From positions 93,620,001-93,684,000 of the forward strand of contig NC_082714.1 of the NCBI RefSeq assembly GCF_030144855.1: a stretch of DNA of 64,000 nt. The letters are read 5' to 3'. The notes below the pieces were generated by a model. It saw only the letters and a program-made list of their open reading frames with translations, was not told the origin of the DNA and ran no database searches. Source of the stretch: Hypanus sabinus. Lineage: Eukaryota. Each line of letters begins with the position of its first letter. The first letter of the stretch is position 1. Shown here one piece after another: positions 63,369-64,000 of this stretch. The position numbers and the translations under genes are program-made.

Positions 63369-64000
63369 GTATCTCGTCGTAACAAGTAACATACACTTCT
63401 GCTTTTTTATAGTCCATCACCTCTACTGGGCACAGACGCGGAAAGCAGCTCGCTAGAGTTTTCTATCCTGTGCCACTTTCAAATTGTCCCAGTGTGTAGC
63501 CGATTTCCGGAAATCCCTCTTCTCCCAGGGAGCTTCCGTTTGCGTTACTGTAGCACTGCTGTTTTACGGGATGGGGTTACGAACCTCATGCCCAACCATA
63601 CTCCTTTCGTAGCCGGGCTTAGGACTGTATAGAGCGGCGTTTTGCTGAGGACCAGAGATTACGTAGAGGGTATAACTAATACGTTCACGAATGAGACGGG
63701 CATTTGTGATGTTGTTGGAAGTACGGAGATTAGGTTTGAAATACAGAGTGATACTGCTGAGGTTAATTGTATAATTTAGAGATACAGCACGGCATCAGTA
63801 TCTTTCACTTACGAGTGAATTATCACATCTTTAAAATGAGGGAGGAAATCGGAGCTCTCGGAGGAACTCCACGCGTTCCCGTACTAACCCCTTACAGCTA
63901 CCGACGGGGACTGAACCATAGTCTTACAGTTGGCTCAGTAAAGCGTTGCCATAATCGCTACGCTACCGTGCCACCCCTAAATGTGGTCAGAATAACGGCA

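Overview
This is eukaryotic, repeat-dense DNA with three N gaps. The repeat families and an immunoglobulin exon point to a cartilaginous fish, probably a ray (inference). Most of the window is decayed CR1, Rex1/Babar, L1, Penelope-derived and Tc1/piggyBac-type elements. I can support two immunoglobulin-superfamily genes, both on the + strand. (1) A light-chain constant (C1-set) exon at 15888-16216 resembles the chondrichthyan type I (sigma-2/sigma-cart/NS5) isotype. It has an intact splice acceptor and polyA signal but an in-frame TGA. (2) An apparently intact leader exon (62575-62617) and a germline-fused V+J exon (63042-63368) carry no RSS. The V does not resemble the shark light-chain V families I know and looks like a non-rearranging antigen-receptor-like gene; its downstream exons lie outside the window. 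The ~13 kb upstream of the C exon is duplicated at ~28.5-46.3 kb without a C exon. This paralogue supplies empty sites that expose a twin-primed L1 insertion, a short CR1 insertion and a deletion scar with a templated insert. Penelope-derived repeats carry degenerate minimal hammerhead ribozyme cores. Repeat boundaries are approximate and family names come from motif recognition, not database searches.
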